The position numbers were made by a program, and so were the translations under genes. The notes under the pieces are model-generated. The model was not told where the DNA came from. It searched no databases and worked only from the letters and a program-made list of their open reading frames with translations. A DNA stretch of 64,000 nucleotides. Origin: an uncultured Actinomycetota bacterium (lineage in GTDB: Bacteria; Actinomycetota; Acidimicrobiia; Acidimicrobiales; Microtrichaceae). The stretch covers positions 18,901-82,900 of the forward strand of contig CAVZCC010000001.1 in assembly GCA_963773765.1 (NCBI GenBank), given 5' to 3'. Numbering within the stretch: the first letter of the stretch is position 1; the number at the start of each line of letters is the position of its first letter. Shown here in pieces: positions 62,935-64,000 of this stretch.

Positions 62935-64000
62935 ATGACGATCGTGGAGCCACCGGCGGACTCCTCGGTGACCGACTGGGCCACCGATTTCGACCACACC
63001 GACGAGGCCTACGCCGCGGCCGCCCCGGAGATCTGGGACGACCTCCGTGAGCGCTGCCCCGTGGCGCACTCGGATCGCTTCGGCGGGACCTGGCTGCCCA
63101 CCCGGCATGACGACGTGTCCGCCATCGCCCATGACACCGAGCACTTCAGCTCCCACGGCGTGATCGTGAACGACTTCAAGCCCGGCATCCCGGCCCCCGT
63201 CGGCTTCGCCCCGCCCATCACGTCGGACCCCCCGTTCCACCAGGTGGCACGCGGCATCCTGCTCCCTGCCTTCTCCCCCAAGGCCATCAACCCGCTGGAG
63301 GCGCCGACCCGGGAGTTCTGCGCCGGGCTCATGGACGACATCGTGGACTCCGGCCGCACCGACGTGGACGCCGCGACCGACTACGCCCAGCACATCCCCG
63401 TCCGCGTCATCGCCCACATGCTGGGCGTGCCGCAGTCCGACGGCGACCGGTTCCGGGAGTTCATCCACCGCATCCTCGAGAAGCCGGGCCAGACGGGCCC
63501 GACCAACGAGGAGGACACGATGGTCCACTACCTCGACGGCATCATCGCCGACCACCGGGAGCACCCCAAGGACGACCTGATCGGCTACCTGCTGGACCAG
63601 GAGATCGACGGCGAGCCGCTGACCGAGGACCACGTCATGGGCACCGTCGCCCTGGCCCTCATCGCCGGGATCGACACCACCTGGTCCGCCATCGGCGCCA
63701 GCCTCTGGCACCTGGCCCAGCACCCCGGTGACCGCCGACGCCTGCGGGACGAGCCCGAGCTCATGACGTTCGCGGTGGAGGAGTTCCTGCGCGCCTACGC
63801 CCCGGTCACCATGGCCCGCATCGTGGCCAAGGACACCGAGGTGCGGGGGTGCCCGATGTCGGAGGGGGACTGGGTGCTGCTGCCGTTCCCGGCCGCCAAC
63901 CGTGACCCCGAGTTCTTCGACGACGCCGACGAGTTCGTCATCGACCGGCGCAAGAACCGCCATGCCGCGTTCGGCCTGGGCATCCACCGCTGCCTGGGCT
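62935..64000 (+). CDS. cytochrome P450, second copy, C-terminal end beyond window
   Basis: Manual translation from ATG 62935: MTIVEPPADSS...ALIAGIDTT...EEFLRAYAP...AAFGLGIHRCLG (heme-binding loop) reaching the window end; not in ORF track because no stop. Confidence 0.85.
   Translation, partial: MTIVEPPADSSVTDWATDFDHTDEAYAAAAPEIWDDLRERCPVAHSDRFGGTWLPTRHDDVSAIAHDTEHFSSHGVIVNDFKPGIPAPVGFAPPITSDPPFHQVARGILLPAFSPKAINPLEAPTREFCAGLMDDIVDSGRTDVDAATDYAQHIPVRVIAHMLGVPQSDGDRFREFIHRILEKPGQTGPTNEEDTMVHYLDGIIADHREHPKDDLIGYLLDQEIDGEPLTEDHVMGTVALALIAGIDTTWSAIGASLWHLAQHPGDRRRLRDEPELMTFAVEEFLRAYAPVTMARIVAKDTEVRGCPMSEGDWVLLPFPAANRDPEFFDDADEFVIDRRKNRHAAFGLGIHRCLG

Noticed and set aside
60742-63987. 1081-aa minus-strand ORF, the longest in the track
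   Set aside because: Antisense to the SRPBCC gene, the alpha/beta hydrolase region and the second P450. Arg/Gly/Pro-dominated composition is typical of out-of-frame reading of high-GC coding DNA; no recognisable motifs.

Overview
High-GC (roughly 70% by eye) actinobacterial-type chromosomal segment with tightly packed genes (about 61 protein-coding loci) and very short intergenic spacers. I found no rRNA, tRNA, CRISPR array, transposase, integrase or phage gene. The gene content is dominated by oxygen- and redox-related enzymes: two carotenoid-cleavage-type dioxygenases flanking a Rieske oxygenase, four class B flavin monooxygenases (BVMO/FMO type), two cytochrome P450s, an acyl-CoA desaturase, a DUF2236/MpaB-type oxygenase and two molybdopterin oxidoreductases. 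Stress and redox-sensing modules are also present: an Rrf2(NsrR-like)-ferredoxin-YwiC-RIC cluster, two universal stress proteins, a hemerythrin-like protein, a PNPOx-GAF-winged-helix regulator and HdeD. A copper-trafficking cluster (SCO1-PCuAC-CtaG) lies next to a P450. There is a long minus-strand putative operon containing both a sulfotransferase and an arylsulfatase, plus numerous hydrolases, regulators (MmyB-like, HxlR, an ECF41-like sigma factor) and transporters. The most striking feature is that roughly 15 otherwise well-conserved genes must be read across one or more frame changes. Two flavin monooxygenase paralogs carry about 5 to 10 or more frameshifts each, while many neighbouring 1 to 2.3 kb genes are perfectly intact. 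This suggests either genuine gene decay (pseudogenes) or consensus indel errors concentrated in paralogous or repeat regions; I cannot distinguish these from sequence alone. Several short tandem duplications (18 bp, 15 nt, 13 nt, 9 nt and 62 bp units), a (CCGGAA)8-9 microsatellite and several GC-rich inverted repeats occur in or between genes. All coordinates are from manual six-frame reading; gene boundaries are approximate (give or take a few codons) and frameshift positions approximate (give or take 30 nt).
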